Source: Phycisphaera mikurensis NBRC 102666 (GTDB lineage: Bacteria; Planctomycetota; Phycisphaerae; Phycisphaerales; Phycisphaeraceae). From it: a stretch of 32,000 nucleotides of DNA. The notes under the pieces are model-generated. The model searched no databases. It saw only the letters and a program-made list of their open reading frames with translations, and had not been told where the DNA came from. Position 1 is the first letter of the stretch; every line of letters starts with the position of its first letter. This document shows positions 9,001 to 15,945 of the stretch, piece after piece. The position numbers were made by a program, and so were the translations under genes. The stretch is from NCBI RefSeq assembly GCF_000284115.1, contig NC_017080.1:2520001-2552000 (forward strand). Direction: 5' to 3'.

Positions 9001-9979
9001 GAACGCTCCCCGCCTGCTTCTGGGGTCGCGGGTCGTGGAGCGGCTCGGCTTCGCGGGCGACAACCGCGACCGCCCCGCCGTCCTCCGGCTCCGTGGCGTC
9101 GACGCGAGCGTCTACGGCGGCGTCCTCGGCGGCGAGGTCCGGGTGCGGCTGGGGGACGACGACCGTGCCGGCGGCCCGCCGCCGGGAGGCGGTTCCTTCG
9201 CCGTGGACCTGCGGCTGAGCGGGGCGGAAGCCGAGTCGGTGCTCTACCCCGATGAAGTGGCCGCGTCGCCGACCGAGCCCGCGGAGCCGCGGATCGCGTC
9301 GCTGCCGCCGCTCCCGCCGCCGCGGTCCGCGGGCGGCGGGCCGTCGCTGGTCTCCCCCCCGCGGAGGGCGACGGCGCCGCCGGAGGACCGCGACCGGGCG
9401 GTGGGCGGGCGGCTCTGGGCCGCGCTCGCCGCCGCGGGCGAGGCCGGGCGCCCCGAAACCCTCGAAGGCCGCGGCCGCGTCCGGATCCGCGGCGGCGACC
9501 TGCTCAAGGGCCAACGCGGGATCGGGCTGCTCCGGGCCATCAATCTCGCGCTGCCGACCAGCGAGCCGCTCGGCGACGCCGACGGCCGCTTCGTGCTGGT
9601 CGACGGGCAGGTCCGCGTGGAGGACGCGCAGATCCGCGGGGCGAGCCTGTCGCTCAACGGCCGGGGGTCGGTTGACCTGCCCGGCGGCGAGCTCTACCTC
9701 ACCTTCTTCTCGCGCGTCGAGACGAATCGCTGGCTGCGCGGCATCAAGCGGCTGTTCGACTCCATCAAGGACGAGTTCATCGGCATCGAGGTCGGCGGGA
9801 CGCTCTGGGAGCCGGACGCACGCGTCACGGGCTTGACCGGGCTCCGCGGCGCGGTCGACGAGCGGCTCGGCGAGACGGCACCGCCGCGGACCGTGCCCGC
9901 CCCGGCCGTGCCCGCACCCGGCCCCGAACCCGAACCCGCCCCCACCCCCGCCGCGGTCACCACACCGCCGGCTCGCTGA
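6008..9979 (+). CDS. Large (1323 aa) N-terminally membrane-anchored envelope protein, AsmA/TamB/YhdP-like (function inferred)
   Basis: A single N-terminal TM segment (WSALTLATLGIVAASVLT) is followed by about 1200 aa of repetitive sequence that looks beta-rich. The C-terminus LSLNGRGSVDLPGGELYLTFFSRVE...IGIEVGGTLWEPDARV resembles AsmA-like C-terminal regions. Third-position GC bias supports this frame over the overlapping shadow ORFs. Confidence 0.55.
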   Translation: MQPPAPAPAAPEDAPARRRRWPRRLAWSALTLATLGIVAASVLTRPAVLTPLVRGQLAGALRAEVALDRATLSLGGVLTLHGLGVALPEDAVPEGEPEAAEYRRLLNLKRLTLRIGRRDLLRGRVNLERIEVAGPTLHAVLEGPEGTSNLRAWADRFRDGRPHDDDGGPVVLPPEIFVRDAALELVQLDAGGAPGGVAEVVARHRLGFDGTVIPQGTGLGAKLAFELTGRAAPGSAAAPGTEVSGSWTPARQELVLSVERMDLASPLGLLMPPAVRALWRDLDPAGALPALTLETRLDRTGTERLQRARLEVAGLSFRLPLASLELLPEGESQRDAPRMSSVSGSVVLEDGRIASDGLSGQIEGIRVRIAGSADLEEGGGVALVAETEPFEVPATPPLLFRLPGLISQIYEEYRPSGRFAARVEVTREAGGPVGIDGRVRAIDARAVFHAFPFPLQGLEGELLLDRDTLRIRGLSASGPTGGRVVLDGDITQPGPDAGIDLSIRVEDVPLDATLLAAMDPDLRERIRGFFDAASAQRLADASPEAEAPFDPGGRLRGVVRVLRDTAIRPRSWIELDLDPEGLRVMLPEFAYPLTVRSGSVRTGAEEVRLNDLVVTGPTGGAGVIRGRVGLGEADRPARIDIRLVDFSLPVDRHLLGALDADAAAWLRRLGVRGRIVGGGLVGSAAVRPRAGDPSPAEPVDAERLRLQLDLRLVDGRAGLWGNEATLTGLEAEARVTRDVLRLDRLRADWPGGGSFTGEGRIEIPSGRLRLDIEADDVRFDAAVARMIPPESPARAAALDFFATYDLSGTADGNLLLRTRDAAGDGEATLDVALDVRPTAVAARYGGRRVAIGAVTGRVAIDEDAATLAGLSGATPTGSVGVSGRVPFNEVDPAWLRIDAQGDTADPVLLAFTPAAVRDAAAGVGLGGGVRLEDATLRLGPTPADAPPDATLPFAFEGGVVLTDATATLGVPIAEAGVAARVRAVGGGAEPWPDIKLLVNAPRLLLGSRVVERLGFAGDNRDRPAVLRLRGVDASVYGGVLGGEVRVRLGDDDRAGGPPPGGGSFAVDLRLSGAEAESVLYPDEVAASPTEPAEPRIASLPPLPPPRSAGGGPSLVSPPRRATAPPEDRDRAVGGRLWAALAAAGEAGRPETLEGRGRVRIRGGDLLKGQRGIGLLRAINLALPTSEPLGDADGRFVLVDGQVRVEDAQIRGASLSLNGRGSVDLPGGELYLTFFSRVETNRWLRGIKRLFDSIKDEFIGIEVGGTLWEPDARVTGLTGLRGAVDERLGETAPPRTVPAPAVPAPGPEPEPAPTPAAVTTPPAR

Positions 9980-10763
9980 TCCGGGTGCCCGGCCCCGCCA
10001 GCTCCGCCCACGGCACGGCGGCGAGCGGCCCCAGGAACGAGGGCGGCATCGCCGCGTCCGCTTCGCGGTGCCGCGGCAGCTTCGCGAGCACCTTGATGCC
10101 CGTCGTCCGCTCCAACCAGGTGGGGTTGCTCGGGGCGGTGGGATCGCCGGCCGCGACGCCGTCCGCGTCGTTGACCACGAGCCCGACGACCCGGCATCCG
10201 GCCGCCTGGAGCACCTCGACGCTCATGGCGGTGTGGGAGAGCGTGCCCAGCCCGGCACGGGTCACCACGACCACCGGGTAGCCGACGTCGGCCGCGAACT
10301 CGGCCACGGTGTACCGCGGCTGCCTGGGGTCCAGGGGCACCTTCGGCCCGCCGATCCCCTCGACCAGCAAGAGGTCGCTGGCGGCGTCCAGGGACGACAG
10401 GGCTTCGCCGATGGCGTCGAAGTCGATCGTGCGTCGCTCGTGCTCCGCGGCCGCGGCGGGGCTGGCGGGCAGCTCGAAGGCCTGCGGGCAGAGCCGCTTC
10501 CGCTCGGCCGGGTCGCCGGGGTCCAGGTCGCCGGCGGCCATCAACCGGTCGATGTCCTCCCCCGCCCAGCCCGTGCGGCACCGGCGGCAACCCGTGGCGA
10601 AGGGCTTGCAGAGACCGATCCGGGTGCGGCGCTGCCCCGCTCCGGGGCTGCGACGCCGGAACGCCTCGGCGATGCCGCAGACGACCTCGGTCTTGCCCAC
10701 CCCCGTGTCGGTCGCCGTGACGAAGAGTCCGTTGCGTGCGGGTTGTGCGGGCCAGCTGAACAT
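9957..10763 (-). CDS. bioD: Dethiobiotin synthetase
   Basis: The N-terminal P-loop is GLFVTATDTGVGKTEV, followed by LLLVEGIGGPKVPL and VVVVTRAGLGTLSHT. A GGAGG sits just upstream of the ATG at 10763. The 3' end overlaps the convergent 6008-9979 CDS by 23 nt. Confidence 0.85.
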   Translation of the reverse strand: MFSWPAQPARNGLFVTATDTGVGKTEVVCGIAEAFRRRSPGAGQRRTRIGLCKPFATGCRRCRTGWAGEDIDRLMAAGDLDPGDPAERKRLCPQAFELPASPAAAAEHERRTIDFDAIGEALSSLDAASDLLLVEGIGGPKVPLDPRQPRYTVAEFAADVGYPVVVVTRAGLGTLSHTAMSVEVLQAAGCRVVGLVVNDADGVAAGDPTAPSNPTWLERTTGIKVLAKLPRHREADAAMPPSFLGPLAAVPWAELAGPGTRISEPAVW

Positions 10764-10900
10764 CGCCTCCGAGGATAAAGGCGCCCCATGGCAAACCGGA
10801 ATGGAGGCTTGGGTGCGGACCGGCCGAAAGCGTGCCGGGTCCGCCCTCCCGCTCCGGAGGCGCCTTCACCGGGAGCACGACCTCCAAAGGAACCGCCGCC

Positions 10901-11131
10901 ATGGACAGCCCCCTCCACGACCTCCTCGACATCCAGCGTCGTCTCGATTCCCTGCGCGGCAGCGCCTTCCGCGGGACCGCTCGGCACGACGCCGCGACGG
11001 ACCGGCTGCGCCGCCGGATCGTCACGCTCATCGCCGCCGACCCCGCGGGGCCGCACGCGGGCGCCCTCGGCTGCGCACTGGAGATGATCGGCTGGATGGG
11101 CCCCGCCGCACCGGTCCGCGCCGCCGGCTGA
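10901..11131 (+). CDS. Hypothetical small protein (76 aa)
   Basis: The ATG at 10901 is preceded by AAGGAA. The third codon position is almost exclusively G/C in this frame. The composition (MDSPLHDLLDIQRRLDSL...) looks more protein-like than the alternative frames. I recognise no family. Confidence 0.4.
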   Translation: MDSPLHDLLDIQRRLDSLRGSAFRGTARHDAATDRLRRRIVTLIAADPAGPHAGALGCALEMIGWMGPAAPVRAAG

Positions 11132-11143
11132 AGCGGGGCTCGC

Positions 11144-11194
11144 CCGCCGCGGACCGCCGGCCCCGGGCGGATCGGAGGCCGGCGGTCCGCGGCG
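11144..11194. repeat. REP-like GC-rich hairpin, copy A (18-bp perfect stem), between convergent gene ends; candidate hisD terminator
   Basis: Positions 11145-11162 are perfectly complementary to 11177-11194, with a 14-nt loop. The element starts immediately after the hisD stop codon (11195-11197 on the minus strand). It contains the core CCGCCGCGGACCGCCGG shared with copies B, C and D. Confidence 0.8.
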
Positions 11195-12544
11195 TCAGCG
11201 CCGCGCCCGCGCGGAGGCGGCGTGGGCGGCGAGGCCTTCGGCGTCGGCGAGCGCGGCGACGTCGTCAATGGTCCGCTCCGACATCCCGCCGGGGTAGGCC
11301 ACCGTGCCGGTCCGCTTCATGAAGGTGTAGACGCTGACGCCCGAGGTGAATCGGGCCGTCGTGCCGGTGGGCAGGCAGTGCGACGGGCCGGCGTGGTAGT
11401 CGCCGGCGGCGACGGGCGTGGCGTCACCCAGGAACACCTCCCCGGCGTGGCGGATGCGGGCCGCCGCCGCCGCGGGGTCCTCCACCGCGAGCGTCAGGTG
11501 CTCGGTCGCCAGCTCGTCGGCCACCGCGCAGGCCGCGGCGAGGTCGCCGACCCGGACGACGCAGCTCTCCGCCGCGAGCGCTCTGCGGATCGCGTCGGCG
11601 CGGGGCAGCGACGGAAGCTGCCGCTGGATCTCGGCGAGCACGGCGGCGATGACGCCCCCGTCCCAGCAGACCAGGAAGCACTTGCCGGGGTCGTGCTCGG
11701 CCTGCGCGAGGAGGTCGGCGGCGACCCGGACCGGATCGGCCGAAGCGTCGGCCACCACGACGACCTCCGAGGGGCCGTAGAACCCGCCATCGGTGCCGCA
11801 CACACCCGCGACACGGGCTTTGGCCAGCTGCACGACGGGGTGCCCCGGACCCGCGATCATCTCCACCGGGCGGATCGTCTCGGTGCCGTACGCGAGCGCC
11901 GCGACGGCCTGAGCCCCGCCGCAGCGGTAGACGCGGGTGAGGCCGAGCAGCCCGCAGGCCGCCTTGAAAGCCTCCGAGACGTCTTGCGCCGGCCGGCCCT
12001 CCCGCCGGTAGGGCCGCGGGTGGACCACCGCGATCCGCTCGAGCGGAACGCCCGCCACCTCGGCGGGCACGGCGAGCATCACCACCGTGGAGAAGAGCGT
12101 GGCGGAGGCACCGGGCACGAGGCAGCCGACGCTGCCGACCGGCGTCCAGCGGAGCCCCAGCTCGGCGTCGCCGACGCGGACCGGCGGGCGGTCTTCCGGA
12201 CGGATGTGCTCCTGATAGGTCCGCACGTTGTCGATCGATCGGCGGAGCGCGTCGCGGAGGCGCGGGTCCAGGTGGTCCGCGGCGTCTGCCAGCTCTTGCT
12301 CGGGGATCAGGAGGTCTTCCGCCCGGAAGCCGGGGTCGGTCCAGCGACGCTCCAGCTCCACCACCGCCGCGTCGCCACCGTCCCGCACGGCGGCGAGGCC
12401 CGCTTCCGCGGCCCGGACGTAAGCCGGTTCCGCCGCCCCGGCCGTCGCCCGCAGGCGTGCGAGCCGGGCCGCGAAGGAGGCGCGGCCCTCGGGCTCGCGG
12501 GTGTCGTAGACGGGCATCTCCAGACCGGCGGTTGCAGCGGGCAT
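11195..12544 (-). CDS. hisD: Histidinol dehydrogenase
   Basis: HisD blocks are present: VGCLVPGASATLFSTVVMLAVPAEVAGV, AQAEHDP, EHLTLAV, GEVFLGD and AGPSHCLPTGTTARFTSGVSVYTFMK. The start is uncertain. I prefer ATG 12544, because the track start at 12625 would overlap the divergent ZIP gene. ATG 12517 is also possible. Confidence 0.9.
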   Translation of the reverse strand: MPAATAGLEMPVYDTREPEGRASFAARLARLRATAGAAEPAYVRAAEAGLAAVRDGGDAAVVELERRWTDPGFRAEDLLIPEQELADAADHLDPRLRDALRRSIDNVRTYQEHIRPEDRPPVRVGDAELGLRWTPVGSVGCLVPGASATLFSTVVMLAVPAEVAGVPLERIAVVHPRPYRREGRPAQDVSEAFKAACGLLGLTRVYRCGGAQAVAALAYGTETIRPVEMIAGPGHPVVQLAKARVAGVCGTDGGFYGPSEVVVVADASADPVRVAADLLAQAEHDPGKCFLVCWDGGVIAAVLAEIQRQLPSLPRADAIRRALAAESCVVRVGDLAAACAVADELATEHLTLAVEDPAAAAARIRHAGEVFLGDATPVAAGDYHAGPSHCLPTGTTARFTSGVSVYTFMKRTGTVAYPGGMSERTIDDVAALADAEGLAAHAASARARR

Positions 12545-12605
12545 CGCGCGAGCGTACGGCGCCTGGGAGGAAGCCTCCGGCGGATGCTCTAGATTCAGCC
12601 CTTCC

Positions 12606-13676
12606 ATGTCGCCGACCACGCTCATCCTGCTCTATTGCCTCGCGATCCTGGGCGCTTCCCTGCTGGGGGGTTTGCTGCCGCTGTTCCTGCGGCTGGGCCA
12701 CACCGGCACGCAGGTGATGATGTCCGCCGTCGCGGGCTTCATGCTCGGCGTCGCGGTGCTGCACATGCTCGGGCACGCGCTGCCGGAGGCGTCCAGCACG
12801 CAGGCGGCGCTGCTGTGGCTGCTCGGCGGCTTCTTGATGATGTTCTTCACCGAGCGGTTCTTCGCGTGGCACCACCACGACCTGCCGGGCGGGCACATGC
12901 ACGCCGCCGGTGAAACCGGCCACGGCCACGAGCACGATGAGCGGGCCGCCCCCGTCGCGGCGCCCGCGAAGGGCCGGATGCACTGGGCCGGGGCCCTCGT
13001 CGGGATGTCGATCCACTCGCTGGTCTCGGGCATCGCGCTCGCCGCGGCGGTGGCGGCCGGGACGCTCGGCGACCCCGGCGGTGGCGAGGCCGGCGGCCTC
13101 GCCGGCCTCGCCGTGCTGCTGGCGATCCTCGGCCACAAGCCGCTGGACGCCCTCACCGTCGTCGGCCTCGCTCACGCCTCGGGCATCCGCCTCCGGCGGG
13201 CGCACCTGCTCAACGCCGGCTTCGCGTTGGTCGAGCCGCTGGGCGTGCTGGCGGCGTGGTGGGGCCTCACCGCCTTCTTCCACAGCCACCCGGGGGTGAC
13301 CCCCGCGGCGCTGGCGTTCTCCGCCGGCACCTTCCTGTGCATCGCCCTGTCGGACCTCCTGCCCGAGGTGCAGTTCCACAAGCACGACCGGCTGAAGCTC
13401 TCCTTCGCGCTGCTGCTGGGCTTGTCGGCGGCGTGGGGCATCGGGCTGCTCGAGGGGGACCACCACCACCACGGGCACGCCGGGCACGGAGCCGCCGCGA
13501 ACCACGCCGACCATCCCCATGAGGACGGCCATGCCCACCGAGACGGCCACGCCCACCACGACGGCCACGGGGAGCACGATCACCACGGCGATCACGCCCA
13601 CCGCGGGGAGGCGCAGCGGGGCTCAGGCGATCACGCCGGTCACGCCCACGGACCGGCGCCCCGAGCAGGCGAGTGA
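12606..13676 (+). CDS. ZIP-family divalent metal (zinc) transporter with a His-rich loop and a long His-rich C-terminal tail
   Basis: The protein has multiple TM segments. ZIP-like motifs are HSLVSGIALAAAV, LAILGHKPLDAL and FSAGTFLCIALSDLLPE. The His-rich loop is HHHDLPGGHMHAAGETGHGHEHDE. The C-terminal ~72 aa contain about 23 His. Confidence 0.85.
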   Translation: MSPTTLILLYCLAILGASLLGGLLPLFLRLGHTGTQVMMSAVAGFMLGVAVLHMLGHALPEASSTQAALLWLLGGFLMMFFTERFFAWHHHDLPGGHMHAAGETGHGHEHDERAAPVAAPAKGRMHWAGALVGMSIHSLVSGIALAAAVAAGTLGDPGGGEAGGLAGLAVLLAILGHKPLDALTVVGLAHASGIRLRRAHLLNAGFALVEPLGVLAAWWGLTAFFHSHPGVTPAALAFSAGTFLCIALSDLLPEVQFHKHDRLKLSFALLLGLSAAWGIGLLEGDHHHHGHAGHGAAANHADHPHEDGHAHRDGHAHHDGHGEHDHHGDHAHRGEAQRGSGDHAGHAHGPAPRAGE

Positions 13677-13719
13677 CGCGTGACGGGCCGGAGATCGATC
13701 CGGGCACCGCGTCGGCCCT

Positions 13720-13800
13720 GATGCTGCGCAGCATCGATCCCGGCTCGCCGACGCGGCCGGGATCGGCTTTCGCTTGCCCCCGGGGCGCCTCGTGGCGCCC
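13720..13800. terminator. Cluster of three GC-rich hairpins between the convergent ZIP and RRM gene ends (candidate terminators)
   Basis: GATGCTGC/GCAGCATC is a palindrome at 13720-13735. GATCCCGGC (13736-13744) pairs with GCCGGGATC (13756-13764) and is followed by GGCTTTCG. GGGCGCC (13783-13789) pairs with GGCGCCC (13794-13800), 8 nt beyond the RRM gene stop. No strong U-tracts are present. Confidence 0.35.
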
Positions 13801-13807
13801 GGACGCT

Positions 13808-14146
13808 TCACCAGCGGTTGCCACCGCCGCCGCCGCCGCGGTTGCCACCGCCGCCGCCGCCGCGGTTCCCGCCGCCGCCGTAGCCGCCGCCGCCGCCGCT
13901 GCGGGGCGCCCGCTCCTGCGCCTCGTTGACGCGGAGGGGACGGCCCTCGAAGTCGGAGCCGTCGAGGGCGTCGATCGCCTTCTTGGCGTCCTCGTCACCC
14001 ATCGTGACGAAGCCGAAGCCGCGCGAGCGGCCGGTCTCACGGTCCGTCAGGACGATGGCGTCCGAAACGCTGCCGTAGTTGGAGAAGAGGGCCTCAAGGT
14101 CCTCCGTCGTCGTCCGCCAAGCCAGATTGCCCACGTACATCTTCAT
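13808..14146 (-). CDS. RRM-type RNA-binding protein with a glycine-rich C-terminal tail
   Basis: RNP2 is MYVGNL and RNP1 is RGFGFVTM. The tail is [30 protein letters not shown] place the start at ATG 14146 (MKMYVGNL), preceded by GAAGG. The track start at 14185 adds an implausible hydrophobic leader. Confidence 0.9.
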   Translation of the reverse strand: MKMYVGNLAWRTTTEDLEALFSNYGSVSDAIVLTDRETGRSRGFGFVTMGDEDAKKAIDALDGSDFEGRPLRVNEAQERAPRSGGGGGYGGGGNRGGGGGGNRGGGGGGNRW

Positions 14147-14483
14147 CAGAATCAAACCTTCATAGAGGAACGCAGCCACCGCCAAAGACCCGCCATCGCG
14201 GCGTCATCGTCGGGGTTCATCGTTCCAGTCGTTCGTGAGGAAACAACGCTCAACGTGGGCTCAACCGGAAGCTGGCCTCGGAAAAACATCAGTCCTCGCA
14301 CTTGAAAAAGGACCGACGACAGCCGCCGACCCGTGTGGATCATACCTGCGCACCGGGCCTCCGCACGCCGTCGCCCGCAACTTCGGGCCCGCCGCCCGCG
14401 CTGGCCGATAGATTCAACCGTTGAGCGGACGGCACGGCTGCCCCGCCCGAACCCGGTTCCCCCGCGTGCCCGCGACCCACGGA

Positions 14484-15578
14484 ATGGCCAGAGACACCAA
14501 AGTCGGGATGCTGCTGGGGCTGGGGATCATCCTCCTGGTCGGCATCTTCGTGTCCGACCACCTGCGTCCGGCCCAGGAGCCGCCGCAGCAGGCGGCGGCC
14601 GGGTTCGCCGGTGCCGCGATGGATCGCGGGCAGCCCGCGGGCGAGTCGGACGCTCCCGCGGGCGGCGCGGCCGAAGTCGGCTTCATCCCGATGGGCCCGC
14701 CCACGCCGCCGCCCGCGGGCGGCGGCGTGGCCTCCGCCACCACCGCCTTCGCCGCCCCGCTGCCGGCATTCCGGCCCGAGACGCCGGCCGCCGGTGCCGA
14801 CGAGCCGCTGCTGGTCCCGCGGGTGGCCGGCCCGGCGGTGCCCGCGCCGGCCCTGGGCGGCCGCGGCGGCGAGCGGGTGCTGCTGGTCCGCACCGGCGAC
14901 ACGCTCGAACAGATCGCCTTCGAGCTCTACGGAGCCACGGGCTACGCCGAGGCGCTCGCGGTGGCGAACCCCGGCGCCGTCGACATCAACGGCCGGCTGG
15001 TCGCCGGCTCGCGGCTGATCGTTCCGGATTACGCCGGGGCCGTTCCGCCCGGGGTCGCCGCCGCCCCGCCGCCGCCGGCGCCCGCGGCGGCGGCCGTGGT
15101 GCTCCCGCCGCCGCCGGCGCCCGAGCTCCGGGCCGCCCCTACGCCGGCCGAGACGGCCGCTGCCGAGGTCCGCGTGGAGGTCCGCCCCGGCGACAGCCTC
15201 AGCCGCCTCGCCGCGCGGCACCTCGACGACGCCCGCCGCTTCGAGGAGCTCTACGAGGCCAACCGCGACGTGCTCAGCAGCCCCGACGCGGTGCAAGCCG
15301 GCATGACGCTGCGCCTGCCCGCGGGCGAGACGGGCCGCGGGGTCTCGGCTTCGGTGGCGGCCGCGGCCTCGCCGCCGCGGGTGGCTGCGCCGCCGGCGAC
15401 GGCCTCCGTGGGCGGCGTCGGCCTCTACACGGTGCAACCCGGTGATTCGCTTTCGCGGATCGCCAGCCGGGTCCTCGGCGACCCGAACCGGTGGAACGAG
15501 CTCTACGAAGCGAACCGCGACACGCTCGGCTCGCCCGACAGTGTCGTCGTCGGCCAGGAGCTGCGCGTCCCCGGCTGA
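14484..15578 (+). CDS. Membrane-anchored protein with three LysM peptidoglycan-binding domains
   Basis: The start is ATG 14484 (MARDTKVGMLLGLGIILLVGIFV, a TM segment). Three LysM repeats are present: VRTGDTLEQIAFELYG..., VRPGDSLSRLAARHL...YEANRDVL... and VQPGDSLSRIASRVL...YEANRDTL.... They are separated by Pro/Ala-rich linkers. Confidence 0.85.
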   Translation: MARDTKVGMLLGLGIILLVGIFVSDHLRPAQEPPQQAAAGFAGAAMDRGQPAGESDAPAGGAAEVGFIPMGPPTPPPAGGGVASATTAFAAPLPAFRPETPAAGADEPLLVPRVAGPAVPAPALGGRGGERVLLVRTGDTLEQIAFELYGATGYAEALAVANPGAVDINGRLVAGSRLIVPDYAGAVPPGVAAAPPPPAPAAAAVVLPPPPAPELRAAPTPAETAAAEVRVEVRPGDSLSRLAARHLDDARRFEELYEANRDVLSSPDAVQAGMTLRLPAGETGRGVSASVAAAASPPRVAAPPATASVGGVGLYTVQPGDSLSRIASRVLGDPNRWNELYEANRDTLGSPDSVVVGQELRVPG

Positions 15579-15621
15579 ACCCGGCGCCGCCCGGCTCGCG
15601 GGCCGAACCGCCCTCCACCTC

Positions 15622-15945
15622 ATGCGACTGCTCGTCCTGGTCCTCGCCCTCGGCCTCATCGCCTCCGCCGTGCTGGAGCTGCGCCAGCGTCGCCTCGAGC
15701 GGCTGCACGCGATGGCGGTGCTGCACATGGACATGGACCGCCACCGCCGGACCGCCTGGGACCTGCAGCACCGCGTCAGCGAAGCCACCTCGCCGGCGGC
15801 GCTGCTGGCACGCCTCGGGCTCGCGGACCCGGCCCTGGCGAACGCGAGCCAGGGGAGCTCCGAGCCGGCGGCTCCCGGATCCGAGCCGGCCTTCCGGCCG
15901 ATCCCGCAGGTGGAGCCGGCGGCGGGCTCGGGGGCACCGCGATGA
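15622..15945 (+). CDS. ftsL: FtsL-like cell division protein (small bitopic membrane protein)
   Basis: The 107-aa protein has an N-terminal TM segment (LLVLVLALGLIASAVL) followed by a heptad-like region with regularly spaced Leu/Arg and an LLARLGL motif. Its stop overlaps the ftsI start (ATGA at 15942-15945). Its position immediately upstream of ftsI is canonical. Confidence 0.55.
   Translation: MRLLVLVLALGLIASAVLELRQRRLERLHAMAVLHMDMDRHRRTAWDLQHRVSEATSPAALLARLGLADPALANASQGSSEPAAPGSEPAFRPIPQVEPAAGSGAPR

Noticed and set aside
5777-9514. 1245-aa minus-strand ORF and other very long antisense or out-of-frame ORFs (449-2167, 2125-3885, 3209-4717, 11424-13601, 14340-18044, 18972-22109, 19632-22637, 24384-26675, 28968-31400)
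   Set aside because: These are extremely Arg/Pro/Gly/Ala-rich with no recognisable motifs. Each overlaps a well-supported gene in another frame or strand. They are typical high-GC shadow ORFs.
10783-10870. 8-bp inverted repeat AAGGCGCC ... GGCGCCTT in the bioD upstream region, considered as a possible BirA-type operator
   Set aside because: The arms are about 70 nt apart and short. I could not recognise any resemblance to a known bio operator.
13811-13905. GCC/GCCGCC-rich DNA repeats
   Set aside because: These encode the in-frame [10 protein letters not shown] repeats of the glycine-rich tail of the RRM protein. They are coding low complexity, not an independent element.
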